Of a stretch of 64,000 bases of DNA, positions 13,842-37,067 are shown piece by piece; positions within the stretch are counted from its first letter, which is position 1, and each line of letters begins with the position of its first letter. Source of the DNA: Tubiluchus corallicola (Eukaryota > Animalia > Priapulida); assembly GCA_030141605.1 (NCBI GenBank), contig JAQGDQ010000390.1:1-64000 (forward strand), given 5' to 3'. The position numbers were made by a program, and so were the translations under genes. Under the pieces are notes generated by a model. That model was given only the letters and a program-made list of their open reading frames with translations. It was not told the DNA's origin and searched no databases.

Positions 13842-14555
13842 TGCAATAACTACTACTACAGTAACTATGATCCTAAAACAAAAATTAAATTCTTGTCATT
13901 TTCATCGTCTTATTGTTGATGTGTCCATCATCATTGAAATTATCATCATCATCATCACCATCATCATCGTCATCATGAAAAAGGCTGAATATGAAGCTTA
14001 AGTTATGAAGGTGGTTAAACACAAATCACGCCAAAACAAACTCTATCGCATATTAAACCCATTTCTTCTTGGCTTCTAATTGTAAAAGAAAAAGACACAG
14101 TTTTTTGATCATCTTTCAATGAAACTAACACAGACCAAACATATTTTTTACGTTAAAAGTGCGTAACGTAAACTTTCCCGTTGGCCAATTAGTGTATGAT
14201 CAAATGTATCAGCTTTTGCTCCTATAAACCTAAAGCTTGCAAACATTATTTCCCTTCAAATATTATTTAAACTAAAAATAAGCCCCAGGCGCTTTCGTAC
14301 TTTGGCATAGAACAGCAGATAATCTCTCATTGTTGTCTTTGACTCTTCTTGCTGTTGTTCTCACATCTTTTACCATGAGAAAAAAAGGGCCAGGTTAGGT
14401 TGTTCAGGCTCGGAAGGATGTGACATTCTGACATTTAGATAACAAGACTTGCGCAAAGAAGTTATAACAAATATTATTACAATACTAAAAGCAAATGCAA
14501 AAATGAAACCCTTTTTTCTTGTTTCATCTTTAAACATAATGCGTAAAATGCTTAC

Positions 14556-14649
14556 CGTTGTCGTACAATATAATTTGTCTCCAAAATACTTGGGTCCTTT
14601 AATACTGATGAAGTCCTCAAAAACAACCGGTTTTGCGTTGCCTTATATA
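14556..14649 (-). promoter_or_regulatory. TATA box and non-coding first exon of Kazal gene A
   Basis: TATATAA on minus at 14643-14649; donor ACG|GTAAGC at 14556; same arrangement in paralog B. Confidence 0.7.
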
Positions 14650-15785
14650 GGCCAGGCGAGAAGTGAGTGTTCTGACCTTTAACTGTTATATGTTATGCAA
14701 GGACAGTTTGATTAACTTGCAGAATGATTTATACAAATAATTCAGAAGTCGTAAGTGTGCAAGAATAACGCTTAGGTCGCACCAATGTCAGAATATAATA
14801 TGTTCTTGCACCCCACGGCTCACAAGCCAACTGGAATGACCAATGCGTTAGTCGTCCATTGGGTTAATCTTCTACTTCTACTTCTAATGAGATTTATACA
14901 TGGGAGCCATTTGCCAGCTTCTGCAGATAGCACACAAATACTGAATAAACTGTTTATTATTGTAAGTTACTTTCTCACAAGTTTTCATTGATACATTAAA
15001 ATCCAAAGCTTATAATATATTTTAAATACATTCTTTACATATTATATAACAAAACACATGTCACAAGTGAAACCACTCCGTAATACTAAACTCAATTCAC
15101 ATGTCAGACAAACTTGCAGTCACATTGAGAAACACACTCACAATAATCTTTGCCCATAACCACAACTAAAAGAACAACTGACAAAACTTACTTTTTCTTC
15201 ACTTCAAAGCCAAACTTTTGTGATTTTTATTAATGTGGTAAAGGTGGCATTGTCCTTTTTACAGCTCTTAATTATCTTTTGAAATTAATTCGGTTATATC
15301 TAGATAAATTGTAGTTTCAAAATGGTAGTTAGATTGTAGATAGTAGTAAAAAGTATGTTAGTTAGAAAAATCACAGGTGAAATATTTTACGTTATCTTTG
15401 ATTAGCTTATCCTCGTCAAATTGTGGACACTTGTTACTAAATCTCATATAATGAAACGCTAATTTAATTTTCCTGCAAATATAATTTTTGCCATGTAGGT
15501 ACCCGTACTTTCAGCTACCGAGTGACAGAATTTAAGAAAATCACTTCTGACTTTGAAGCTCACCCAATGCTGCCAAGTGACTCACCCCAGGCTCCCCTTG
15601 ACAATTACAATGTGGATTTGCTTGGCATAAATTTATAACAAAGTTGTACTTTATTCAATGTTAAGCCCAGTAAATTTGTCTGAAACAAAGCTAAAGTCAC
15701 GTGAAAAGAGTGCTAGTATAAATAAAATTTTAATGACAAATTAAAAGGCAGACATCAAAAAAGAGAAAAACATAAAAGAGAAAGA

Positions 15786-16208
<423 letters not shown>

Positions 16209-16774
16209 GTAGAAAATATGGGACTCCAAATTACCTCGTACAAGCTTCGACACTGTCTTAGTGCGTGACTTTTTCTAGTTTCAAGGAATCTTCAAACTCA
16301 CTCATTTTAGCAAAATCTTTGTTTGTTAACACACAACACGTTAATCTTTTTTTCTTTTTGTTACAGATTTTCTCATTCTCTTCTCCTTATTTAGCACCCC
16401 TAATTATTGCCACATCGTATTGAACTCTCTTAAACGTAAAATTCAAAAATACAAAAAACGAACATTGGTTTATTTAGTTAATGTGTTTATTCCCAGATAT
16501 TTTTTCGTTGATACGTTATTAAGTAATTCCACCACAGTAAAGTTATACAAGCAATACTAGACAGACACGCGTAGAATAAAATCAGTTTCGCTGGCATCTG
16601 ATAACTGCATAAGAAAAGGTACCTTTTATTGCTTTTGATTTGAAACTGATTTGACTCAACGCTGATGCTAGTAAATCACCAGTTTATATAGACGCATATT
16701 TATTTTGCCGTGCACCTAAAACAAAAACAAAACGAAAGAAAAATGTCAGCAAAAGTCTCAATGGGACGAGTGAT

Positions 16775-19700
16775 CTACGGACGAGCAGGTTTTTTTATTC
16801 TTCGACATGCACATGGCTTCATAGAGGCGGATGAATACGTCCATTTTGCTTTACATTCTGCCCTAAATGTAGAAAAAACGAAAAGTTTAGATAAATGTGG
16901 AAATGTGGAATGTAGATACAATGTAATATTCCCTACACGAGGACGCAAAATATTAAATAGGTTCTGGGAAGCTAATTGATTGAAACTTCATTTATGTTTC
17001 TCCCACCATATTTCAAAACTACCATCCGGTAGGTTGCTTTTGTAGTAATAATGAAAAAATCACAACATTTTGATTTTAAATTAAAAAAGCAATTTTACGG
17101 AACATGTCTTAGGCGTGGTTTAGCTTTTAGTTCCCAGTTCAAATCCATGCTGTGTTATAACTATTTGCGTCTCCTGTTTTCAGTTTGATTTTGAAATTTA
17201 ATTAATTGTGAATTTGTAACATCATGAATATTAATTATAATATTAAGACAGTGACAGTTTAATAAACGAAATTGAAAGTCAAGGGCCTGGCCAGTAAATG
17301 AATGGGTGATCCTCAGAAAAAGTGCATTATCAACCAAGCAATTTTTTTCTAGCAGCATCGTTTCATAGCTGTCCTTCTGTTAAACAATCTAACAGACGTC
17401 AATAAATCTGCAAAACCAAAGCAAAACAAAACCTAAACCCGCAGATGCTAATATTGTTATTTTCAGTTCCTCTAAGTTACAGTCGGAAACAATATGAACC
17501 AAATTTCACAGTTTGTTTTTTGCACTACAAATTTATCGTGTTTATTTTAGAATGTTCTCGTAAAAATAGTTCCTAACAAAATGTTGATGAGAATGTCCTC
17601 TTGCTTGGAATACGTCATCAAAATACGGTGTGAAGCTCCAATATCATAGACTCATATGATTTTACTACTATAGGGTTCATCATTTAGTGCCACCCTAAAA
17701 GAATTTGATTCGCTGTGTCATTAGTAGCAGACACTAAAATTTACAGGTTTAAACTATCATACTTACACGTCTCTTTCACACTCATTTGTGTACTTCAGAC
17801 AGGCGGGTGCTTTCTTTATTCCTAGAAAATCCCTGCCTCTGTATAACCTTCCACAAACTGCGACATCACCAGCTTCAGAACAGTCTTTAGTACACGCATC
17901 TGATTCTGGTGAGGATGTAGGACAGGGACATTTTCCATCGCACATCTTTTTCACGCCTACAAGCAAAAAAAAACAAAAAATTTCTAGACCTGACGATCAG
18001 TTAAAGACAAGAATGCATATAAATCTAATAAACTGGCAAACCTAAGAATATTGCGAGGGAGTCCAAGTAAAGTCTTGTCTACTTCAAGCAGCTGCGCTTC
18101 AAATACTCAGTTATTCTTATACAGCATCTACAGTATTTTGTGTCGTATAACTTATTTACCAACACAGTTTAGCCAACATTCGTTTTGATAAGTCTTAGCA
18201 TTTCGTCCGCACACAGGAGAGTCATCTCTTGACCGTAGACACTGCTTTCTGCACCACCATGGTCCGGACGTTGAACATGGACACCCTCCATCACATTTCT
18301 TTCCCACACCTGCAAGCAAATAATCAATAAATTGCTAAACCTGTCAATATGTGCCGTTGGTAGGGGTGAGCATTCTCTACCAGAAAGCGAATTCGAATCG
18401 AACCGAATTTGTGACTTTCGAATTCGAATCGAACCGAACTTCAAGGTTTCGAATTCGAATCGAATTCGAATTGAGATTGAAAGATTTTCGAACTACCGGT
18501 AAAAATTAGTCTTACAAAGATCATGCATATCACTAGATTTTGTTCTGCAATAAAACGACTGGTAATTTGTTTAAAATTGTGTGCAGAAATCACAGCTAAA
18601 TTATGCTAATTGCATGATGTTTCAATCGTTTTAGTGATAAAGAACATGTGTGATTGAAGTGCTGAATTATTCGAATCTATAGTTTTGGATTCGAATCGAG
18701 TTCGAACTGAAAAAACTCGTTCGAATCGAATTCGAGCATTCGATGCTCACCCCTAGCCGTTGGTCGTATATATATGTAGTGCATTATATTAAAGAATATA
18801 ACGTTAATTTTGCAAAGTTCGCAATAATGTAAAAAGTAATATTATAATATTTCGTAACAACAAATTCCGCACACACCAGCACCAGCCTCTTGATAGAGGA
18901 CAGTCCTCTGATGAAGCTGACATATTTGATAAGAAAAACAATTTTAGATACAGAGCAAACTTTATAACTGCAAATTTTAAGTATCTATCGGCAGGCGTAA
19001 AACCAATGGTGTTTATGAACCATTATTACAGTATTTTATGTTGAATAACATCCTTACCATAACAATTCAGCCAACATTCGTTGAAATAAGTCAGACCATC
19101 TTGTCCGCATACAGGTGATTCATTTGGTGAACGTCGACATTGCTTTCTGCACGATTCTAGTGGTATTGAAAATTGTCTCATTATTTTTTATTGGGCAGCC
19201 ATATTACATTCGTAATTTACGTAGATAATCAGAGTAAAAAAACACTCAGCCTTTCAAAATTACATTTACTATGCTGGAAGAGACGTATAGCACAAGGGTG
19301 CCTATTGAAAAAATTCTGGCAGGTGAGGTAAAACCGGGCTATGTAGTTATTTGGTTATTAGTTGTTAATAAGTGATCACCCCCTGGTTGCCTATATTATT
19401 TCAATACAAGAAAAATGAACGCCAAGGTCATCTGCTGTATCAACAGCATTCTAATGTTTAGAACATCACGCAATGCAGTAGACTACTATAAGATGCAACT
19501 CTCTGTGGTGACCATTATTGAAAACTGAACCCCGTGGTATCCCAAGTGTACCACAAGACCACCAGGCTCTCCACCAAGGCAGTCCAAAATTTTTCTTCAT
19601 GGACAATGGAAATCACTGTCATGCTAATTTGGTTTTTTTAAAAAGTCGCAAACGACAACTTGTTCTTGGCGCAACCTAAACGTGATAGAGTAATACTCTG

Positions 19701-19777
19701 TCAGGCACATCCTGAATTTACTTACCTGGTTGAGCCGCTATAAAGACGGGCATCAACAAAACCAGTAAGAGCTTCAT
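16775..19777 (-). CDS. Secreted three-domain Kazal-type protease-inhibitor-like protein, paralog B (about 192 aa, 5 coding exons)
   Basis: Coding exons (minus) 19726-19777, 19058-19156, 18160-18309, 17767-17956, 16775-16862, same intron phases as paralog A: MKLLLVLLMPVFIAAQPESCRKQCRRSPNESPVCGQDGLTYFNECWLNCYGVGKKCDGGCPCSTSGPWWCRKQCLRSRDDSPVCGRNAKTYQNECWLNCVGVKKMCDGKCPCPTSSPESDACTKDCSEAGDVAVCGRLYRGRDFLGIKKAPACLKYTNECERDVAECKAKWTYSSASMKPCACRRIKKPARP*; AATAAA on minus at 16486-16491. Confidence 0.9.
16927..17248 (-). mobile_element. Truncated copy of the Helitron-like repeat at 21103, in the last intron of Kazal gene B
   Basis: About 320-bp reverse complement of 21103-21425 with scattered substitutions. 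Confidence 0.7.
18361..18755. mobile_element. hAT-type MITE (395 bp)
   Basis: TIR TAGGGGTGAGCAT / ATGCTCACCCCTA; 8-bp TSD GCCGTTGG on both sides; TTCGAA/ATCGAA subterminal repeats. Confidence 0.92.
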
Positions 19778-19867
19778 TACGTGGACCCAATTGTAACTAA
19801 AACCTGAAAAAATAGCATTGTTATTGTCATCTCTGTCTTCATTGCTGTCCTCCCCATTATTTTTAAA

Positions 19868-19883
19868 TCATCATCATCATGAA

Positions 19884-19928
<45 letters not shown>

Positions 19929-19930
19929 TA
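19868..19930. repeat. (ATC)n microsatellite in intron 1 of Kazal gene B
   Basis: Directly visible; a shorter homologous (ATC)n run lies at about 13927-13976 in gene A. Confidence 0.85.
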
Positions 19931-20325
19931 ATCATGTTTATCATCATCCTCACAATAGACCAAAGTTGAAGTCTCAAGCCTTTCCCTCGGCCTCTATATG
20001 AAATCAAAAAGTAACCAAATACATTTTAATCGTTTTTCAATGGAACTAACACAAACATTTTATATTTTTTTAGTATGAATGACCTTAAGGTAAATTTTCC
20101 TGTTAGCCAACGGATATTTGATCAAGTGTATTTGAGCTTTTTCCTACAAGTCTTAAGATCATGATTCTTTTAATAAAAAATATTATAAACAAAATAGCAA
20201 AGCTCCAAACATTCTCATTATGTGAAATGTTTTTGTCTTGAACAGTTTTGTTATTTTGACATTTAAGCTGAAGCTTACCCAATTTTATTATAATGAGTGA
20301 ACCATTTTAATGACAAACAAAGATT

Positions 20326-20415
20326 TATATATATCTATATCTATATCTATATCTATATCTATATCTATATCTATATCTATATCTATATCTATATCTATAT
20401 CTATATCTATATCTA

Positions 20416-20478
<63 letters not shown>

Positions 20479-20494
20479 ATATATATATATATAT
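20326..20494. repeat. (ATCTAT)n(ATCT)n(AT)n microsatellite
   Basis: Directly visible. Confidence 0.95.
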
Positions 20495-20786
20495 AAGTTG
20501 GCTTATGAAAGTAGAAAATCTCTCCTGTTTGTGTTTGGCTTTGTTGGTTTTCTTCATGAGTGTCAAAAGAGATTCAAATTTGGTTAGTTAGTCTTAGAAT
20601 CGTGATGCCATTCTAACATTTGTTTAATTTGATACGTAGAGCAAAATGTCTAAGAACAATAGTTATAACGAAAATTATTACAACAAATTGCAAAGAGAGT
20701 ATGAAAAGCAAATTTAATAAGAAAAATACAGTCTTGTTTGCTATTTCACAATCAGACTGATGCATAAATCGTGCATGGCAGCTTAC

Positions 20787-20884
20787 CTTTGTCACACAGT
20801 GTAATTAGTCTGGAAAATCCACTTACCTTCCTAATGCCTTCTGATGAAGTTCACAAAAGCAGCAGTTCTGGGTTGCCTTATATA
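20787..20884 (-). promoter_or_regulatory. TATA box and non-coding first exon of Kazal gene B
   Basis: TATATAA on minus at 20878-20884; two candidate donors, AAG|GTAAGT (20827) and AAG|GTAAGC (20787, homologous to the gene A donor). Confidence 0.7.
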
Positions 20885-21102
20885 TGACTGTGTGAGAGGT
20901 GACTTTTTAATCCTTTACCTTCTCCATTTGTTAAATAAAGACAGCTTGATTAACTCATAAAATAATTTGAACAAGTAATTTAGAAGACGTAAAGTACACA
21001 AAAGTATAGTAAAGGTCGCGCCATTGTCAGAATGTCTCCCCACATTTGTTTGTGTATTTTACTCCGGCCATTAAGTAAAGAAAGTCAAATTAGCTCTTAT
21101 AA

Positions 21103-21490
21103 TCTTAATATTATAATTAATATTCGTGATGTTACAAATTCGCAATTAATTAAATTTCAAAATCAAACTGAAAACAAGAGACGCGAAAAAAGTTATAGCA
21201 CAGCATGGATTTGAACTGGGAACTAAAAGCTAAACCACGCCTAAGACATGTTCAGTAAAATTGCTTTCTTAATTTAAAATCAAGATGTTGTGATTTTTTA
21301 TTATTACTACAAAAGCAACCTACCAGATGGTAGTTTTGAAATATGGTGGGAGAAATATAAATGAAGTCTCAATCAATTAGCTTCCCAGAACCTATTAAAT
21401 ATTTTGCGTCCTCGTGTAGGGAATAGTCCTCGTGTATCCTATTTTGTAGTCCTCGTGTATCCAGTCCCGTAATAACAAAAATTTTACTAG
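21103..21490 (+). mobile_element. Non-autonomous Helitron-like element
   Basis: A|TCTTAATATTATAA... start and ...ATTTTACTAG|T end, no TSD; decayed CCCGT hairpin arm before CTAG; second copy at 16927-17248. Confidence 0.55.
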
Positions 21491-22424
21491 TTACACCTGT
21501 CATTCAACTGCTTTTCCTAATTCTTTTTTCTTACATCAGTAAAGTGCTGGGATAATTTACCTCTTCATATATGTAATTCTAACTCTTTAAACAATTTTAG
21601 ATCTTGACTAAAGAATCACACGTGTTTTAATAAGCGCCCTTCTTGCTTACCAAGTGGTACTCGAAATCCATCCATTCACCATACTAGAACGAGAGTTGTT
21701 TTTTTTTGTCAACTCAACCAGGACTTATGCCTTAGAAAATGTAAAAATTACGATGGGTCGCTGCTATTTCCTAGTTGTCAGTGTGGTTCTACTCATGAAA
21801 CAATTGGTCGTTTTTTAATAACTGCCCTCTTTACCACCAGGTCAGACATGATTTATTTGCAAATCTCTGCCCTCTTTTGTCAGCTTTTAGTATCAATGTT
21901 TACAGTCTTGAAACAGATGAAGTTATACGTCTGTTCCTGCATGGGAACCATCTGCATGGGAAATGTCTCTAGCATTTCGCTCCCAACAGGGGAAAAGATA
22001 TATCAGTCGTAAAACCATCTGTTTCAAACCTAGTTCGATGTTGCATCTTCTATAAAATTACGTTTAAACCAAACATAAATGAATAAAAAAAATGAGAAAA
22101 TTTTTATTATCCTCAATCGATTTTCAGTGACAAAGTGACCTGAGTTTAACGCAAATACTGAAAAACGCTAGTGCATGTTGACTTTGTTGCTGTCACACAA
22201 GGTTGTTAGCTAACTAGCTATGGTCTTGTAGTTAACTAACTCCTCTGACCTTGAGAATTACTGAACGCATTTGTTTAATGTAAAATGGCACCAACATTGT
22301 ACATTTCAATTTTGAGCCCAATAAATTAGACTGAAACAAACCTAATTATACGACTAAGGTTAATGAGAACGCGAGAATAAAACTAAAATTTTTAATGACA
22401 AATTAGAATGCCGAATTGGAAAGA

Positions 22425-22469
22425 CAGAGAGAGTGGGTGAGCAGGCGAGATAGAGAGAGGGAGGAAGAG

Positions 22470-22513
<44 letters not shown>

Positions 22514-22545
22514 TGCGTGCGTGCGTGCGTGCGTGTGTGTGTGTC
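22425..22545. repeat. (GA)n(GCGT)n(GT)n microsatellite
   Basis: Directly visible. Confidence 0.9.
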
Positions 22546-23189
22546 CCAATGAGGTGTTGCAAGTTTTTCTTTGCACATTCACATGAAGACGAGAGTCAGT
22601 ATTTAGTAGATGCTTCTTGTTCTTAATCCTATTGATAAAAAATTCGTTCACATAAACAATAGAAAGAAATTCAAGCAAAAATGCAGACAGAGAGTCAGCG
22701 GCTCAAGTTGTTGTACATCGAGATAAAACCAATTAAGAAAGTAATTTACATTAGTCATTCTCGTTCCTCGTTTCATTGACGTCAAACATATTGGTCTTTT
22801 GCTTCGCCCCCGCTGTAACGTAAGCTCGCTCAGCAACATTCGGGACAACAGCTCACACTGAACAACAACTATCTAAGCTAAGCTAAACTAAACAACATGA
22901 CAGTCACAACTAATGTCTAATCAGCAGACTTTTTCATAAACACAAATATGCAGAGCAGCAGCTATTTTTAAACGAAATTAACACTTTAAGTAGCCAAAAA
23001 TGACTTTTCAATTTATACAGAATGCAGAGACGAAGTTTCACACCACTACAAAATACAGAGACATAAGTATAATAAAGAAATTAAACCAATTAGCTTTGCT
23101 TTGCGATAAATGAGCAATAAAAATATTAAGTCTCTCTTGCCTTTAACATAAGAACATCAAGCCTGCGATGTATTTTTCTAAATTAATTG

Positions 23190-24150
23190 GTCATGACAAC
23201 TTCTAGGCATAGTCATTGACGAGAAACTGGACTTTAACTTTCATGTCAAAGATCGAGCTTGGGGCAAGTGGAACAAAATTAAAAAGCTGTGTTTCAAACA
23301 AAACGGAATGATATTATAAACCTATTTCAAACCAGGGTAATTCCTCCTATATTTTATGCTGTTACAGCGTGGTTAGATGATAGCAGCTGCGGAGGATTGA
23401 GGATCTTTGGTATGACGCTATTTAGTCAGCCATAAGTGTTGAATATAATCTAGAAAAGACAAAACGGGAAGAATTTGTTGCTTGCCGCCATTGGATATTT
23501 TACTTGCGGGAAAAGTTGCCTAATTTATTATTCGATCATTTGCCAAAGCTTTGCAGGATCTTGTACGAAAAGAAATAGATTGCTCTGTTGATATGCAAAA
23601 TTTGTACAACAGAAGCATGCAAAAGCATTTCATCTCATCACGCATAGCAACTGCCAGGTCGTTTATCAACGAAGTTAAGAACAAAATATAAGATATAATA
23701 GAAAGCCTGGGTAACCTAACGCAGGAAACATTTATTGTAAAGAAATCAGATATTAGACATTTTTTCATATCATTGTGGTCCAGAAGAATCCAGCATCGGA
23801 GTCCGCTTGGCAAGAATACCTAGTAATGAAACTATGGCATTTCTCAATTCAATTGAATTACCTAGACACGAAAATAAACGCCGAATAGAGTCAGCTGCCC
23901 TAAATTTGCTACTAGGACGAGATTGTAACCGTTTTTATTATTTAGTAGCTCTAACTGACACCAATTTGTGTGTCTGTAGGACAGATTGACAAACGCCAAC
24001 ATATTTAATTTTCCACTGCCCTTTAGTAAGAGCAGACTTACAAAAATAAATGAAAATAGCTATACCAAGTTTTGATTTAAGAGATATAGGATAGTACGCT
24101 ATCAAAACAAAAATGCTTGTTTTGCACTTGTAAGTGTTAAAGATTTGACT
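23190..24150 (+). mobile_element. Degenerate non-LTR retrotransposon ORF2 (end of RT to C-terminal knuckle)
   Basis: Frameshifted fragments LLGIVIDEKLDFNFHV, VIPPIFYAVTAW, LPPLDILL and LCVC...TPTYLIFHCP match LINE RT-thumb and C-terminal Cys/His patterns. Confidence 0.7.
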
Positions 24151-24528
24151 GATAAAGACGTTATAAATTAAATATAACTTAGATTGGAAATGAAGTTTTC
24201 GTTATTTAATTACAGCTATTTGCATAACGTTTGACTTATAAGTCACTATATGTATGTAATTTGTTCAGTATTATTTCTCATTAATCATCCAAAACACATT
24301 GTAGATTTAGGTGTTTTTTAATTTATGTTTTGTTTTCTTATTTTCATTATTTTGTTTAGGTCTTTGCCTTAACTTTGTAGCCGCAATTTTTAATACGTAA
24401 ATGTGTATATTAGTAGAATTGTTTCCTGCACATAGAGGGCTATATTGTTATTGTTTATAGTAGTACAAAATAAAGAGTTTTTTCTCTTTCTCTTTCTCTG
24501 TAGGCGTCAAGGCGGATTGGATGTCTTA

Positions 24529-25555
24529 GGCCCCTTTCATAGTGAGGACTCAAGCAAAAAGACGCATGGAATTGCTGTCAGAAAATCAGAAAATTTCCGA
24601 TTTTTTCTGGAAATCCCATGCAACAAGAAAGTTCATTTCACAGTTTTTTCCACGTGTTCAGTTGGCTGTAGCTACTGTACGAATTGTAGACTTGTAGGTA
24701 TTATTCGTCAACAATTAACGGCAGTAATTAATACAATCATAATAATAGTAACCACTTAGTGAAAACATGACGTTGTGTTCGTTGTCCAAGTGGTTACTAT
24801 TATTATGATTGTATTAATTACTGCCGTTAATTGGTGCAGCCAATTAACAAAACAAGACAGCACCGGGGTGTTGTTGCTGCCTTGTATGGACATTTGAGAG
24901 ACGATCGGAAGAAATTTTACAAGTGCTCTCTAGACACATTTGATGATGAGTTAGTAGTTTTGCTGCAGGACTATTACTAAAACAGATGTAAAATTCTGAG
25001 ACTGCGTTGACCCTCTAACTACATAATTTGAAATTTTATCATGTCTAAATTAAGTTATAGTAGTTGTAGTTCTCACATATAAAGTACAATTAATAATGTT
25101 AGACAATATAATGTCGGACCTGTTTTTTTTTAGTAAAGCTCTACTGATCACTTCAAAATCTGAAAATATTCATAAATAAAATAAATATATGCATGCGTTA
25201 TTTTTGTTTTCCCTATAGGCATTGCTGATGCATTAATAAGACATAAAATCTTCTGTCTTTTAAAAGTGAGATTAAATCTTATAATTTTATGCTGTTAACT
25301 GTTGTTTGTTAAACAAGAAAAAATTGAGGAATTAAATTTTAATATGAATTTCGCGAGGATTCCTCACGAAAACAAAACATGCAGCATTTTTACCATGCAG
25401 CAATTTTCCTGGTGAGGAGGATGCATAGCTTCTAAATGGCAGGATAATTCCTCACGAGGAACTGCATGAGGAAAATTCCTTATGACGTGTCACTGTGTTC
25501 CAGTTTCGTGAGAAATGCCGCAAGGAATTGCCTTAACCAAACATAAAAACATTCA
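24529..25555 (+). mobile_element. PIF/Harbinger-derived relic
   Basis: Left end tta|GGCCCCTTTCA; fragments at about 24880-25015 (LYGHLRDDRKKFYK..TFD.ELVVLLQDY.TKTDVKF*DCVDP) resemble the Harbinger transposase N-terminus; right boundary uncertain. Confidence 0.45.
24712..24833. repeat. Perfect 46-bp inverted repeat with 30-nt spacer
   Basis: 24712-24757 is the exact reverse complement of 24788-24833. Confidence 0.95.
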
Positions 25556-25962
25556 TTAATCCATGCTCTCTTATTTTAAAGTTACAACACTCAGTTACCG
25601 GTACTGGCCAGGGCCTTAATTTACCTTTGCACTTTAAGCTTGGCTCATGTTATGTGCAAGATAAAGTGGCACAAACAGAGAGTTACGATACACGTTTTAA
25701 CTATTGCTTATCAGGGCATTGTATATTGAATATTTATTAATACATTTTATTAATGCATTTAAAGGTAATTGAATTTACTATTTTAAATTGTTAGAAACGC
25801 ATGCATATGCAAGGAAACACGTGAGTTTTACACATCTTTATTAAAGATACAAAAACATAATTAAAGCATAATCCTAACTGGAGATAAGATTAACCGGCAG
25901 ATACTGAAGGCTTATTTAGGAGTAATAATTGGACATTAAATTCGTAATGGCCTTGGCAATAT

Positions 25963-37067
<11,105 letters not shown>

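Noticed and set aside
18385-18475. GAA/TTC-rich runs in the hAT MITE as heat-shock elements
   Set aside because: Spacing is mostly TTCGAA/GAATTC, not nGAAnnTTCn; better explained as subterminal transposase-binding repeats.
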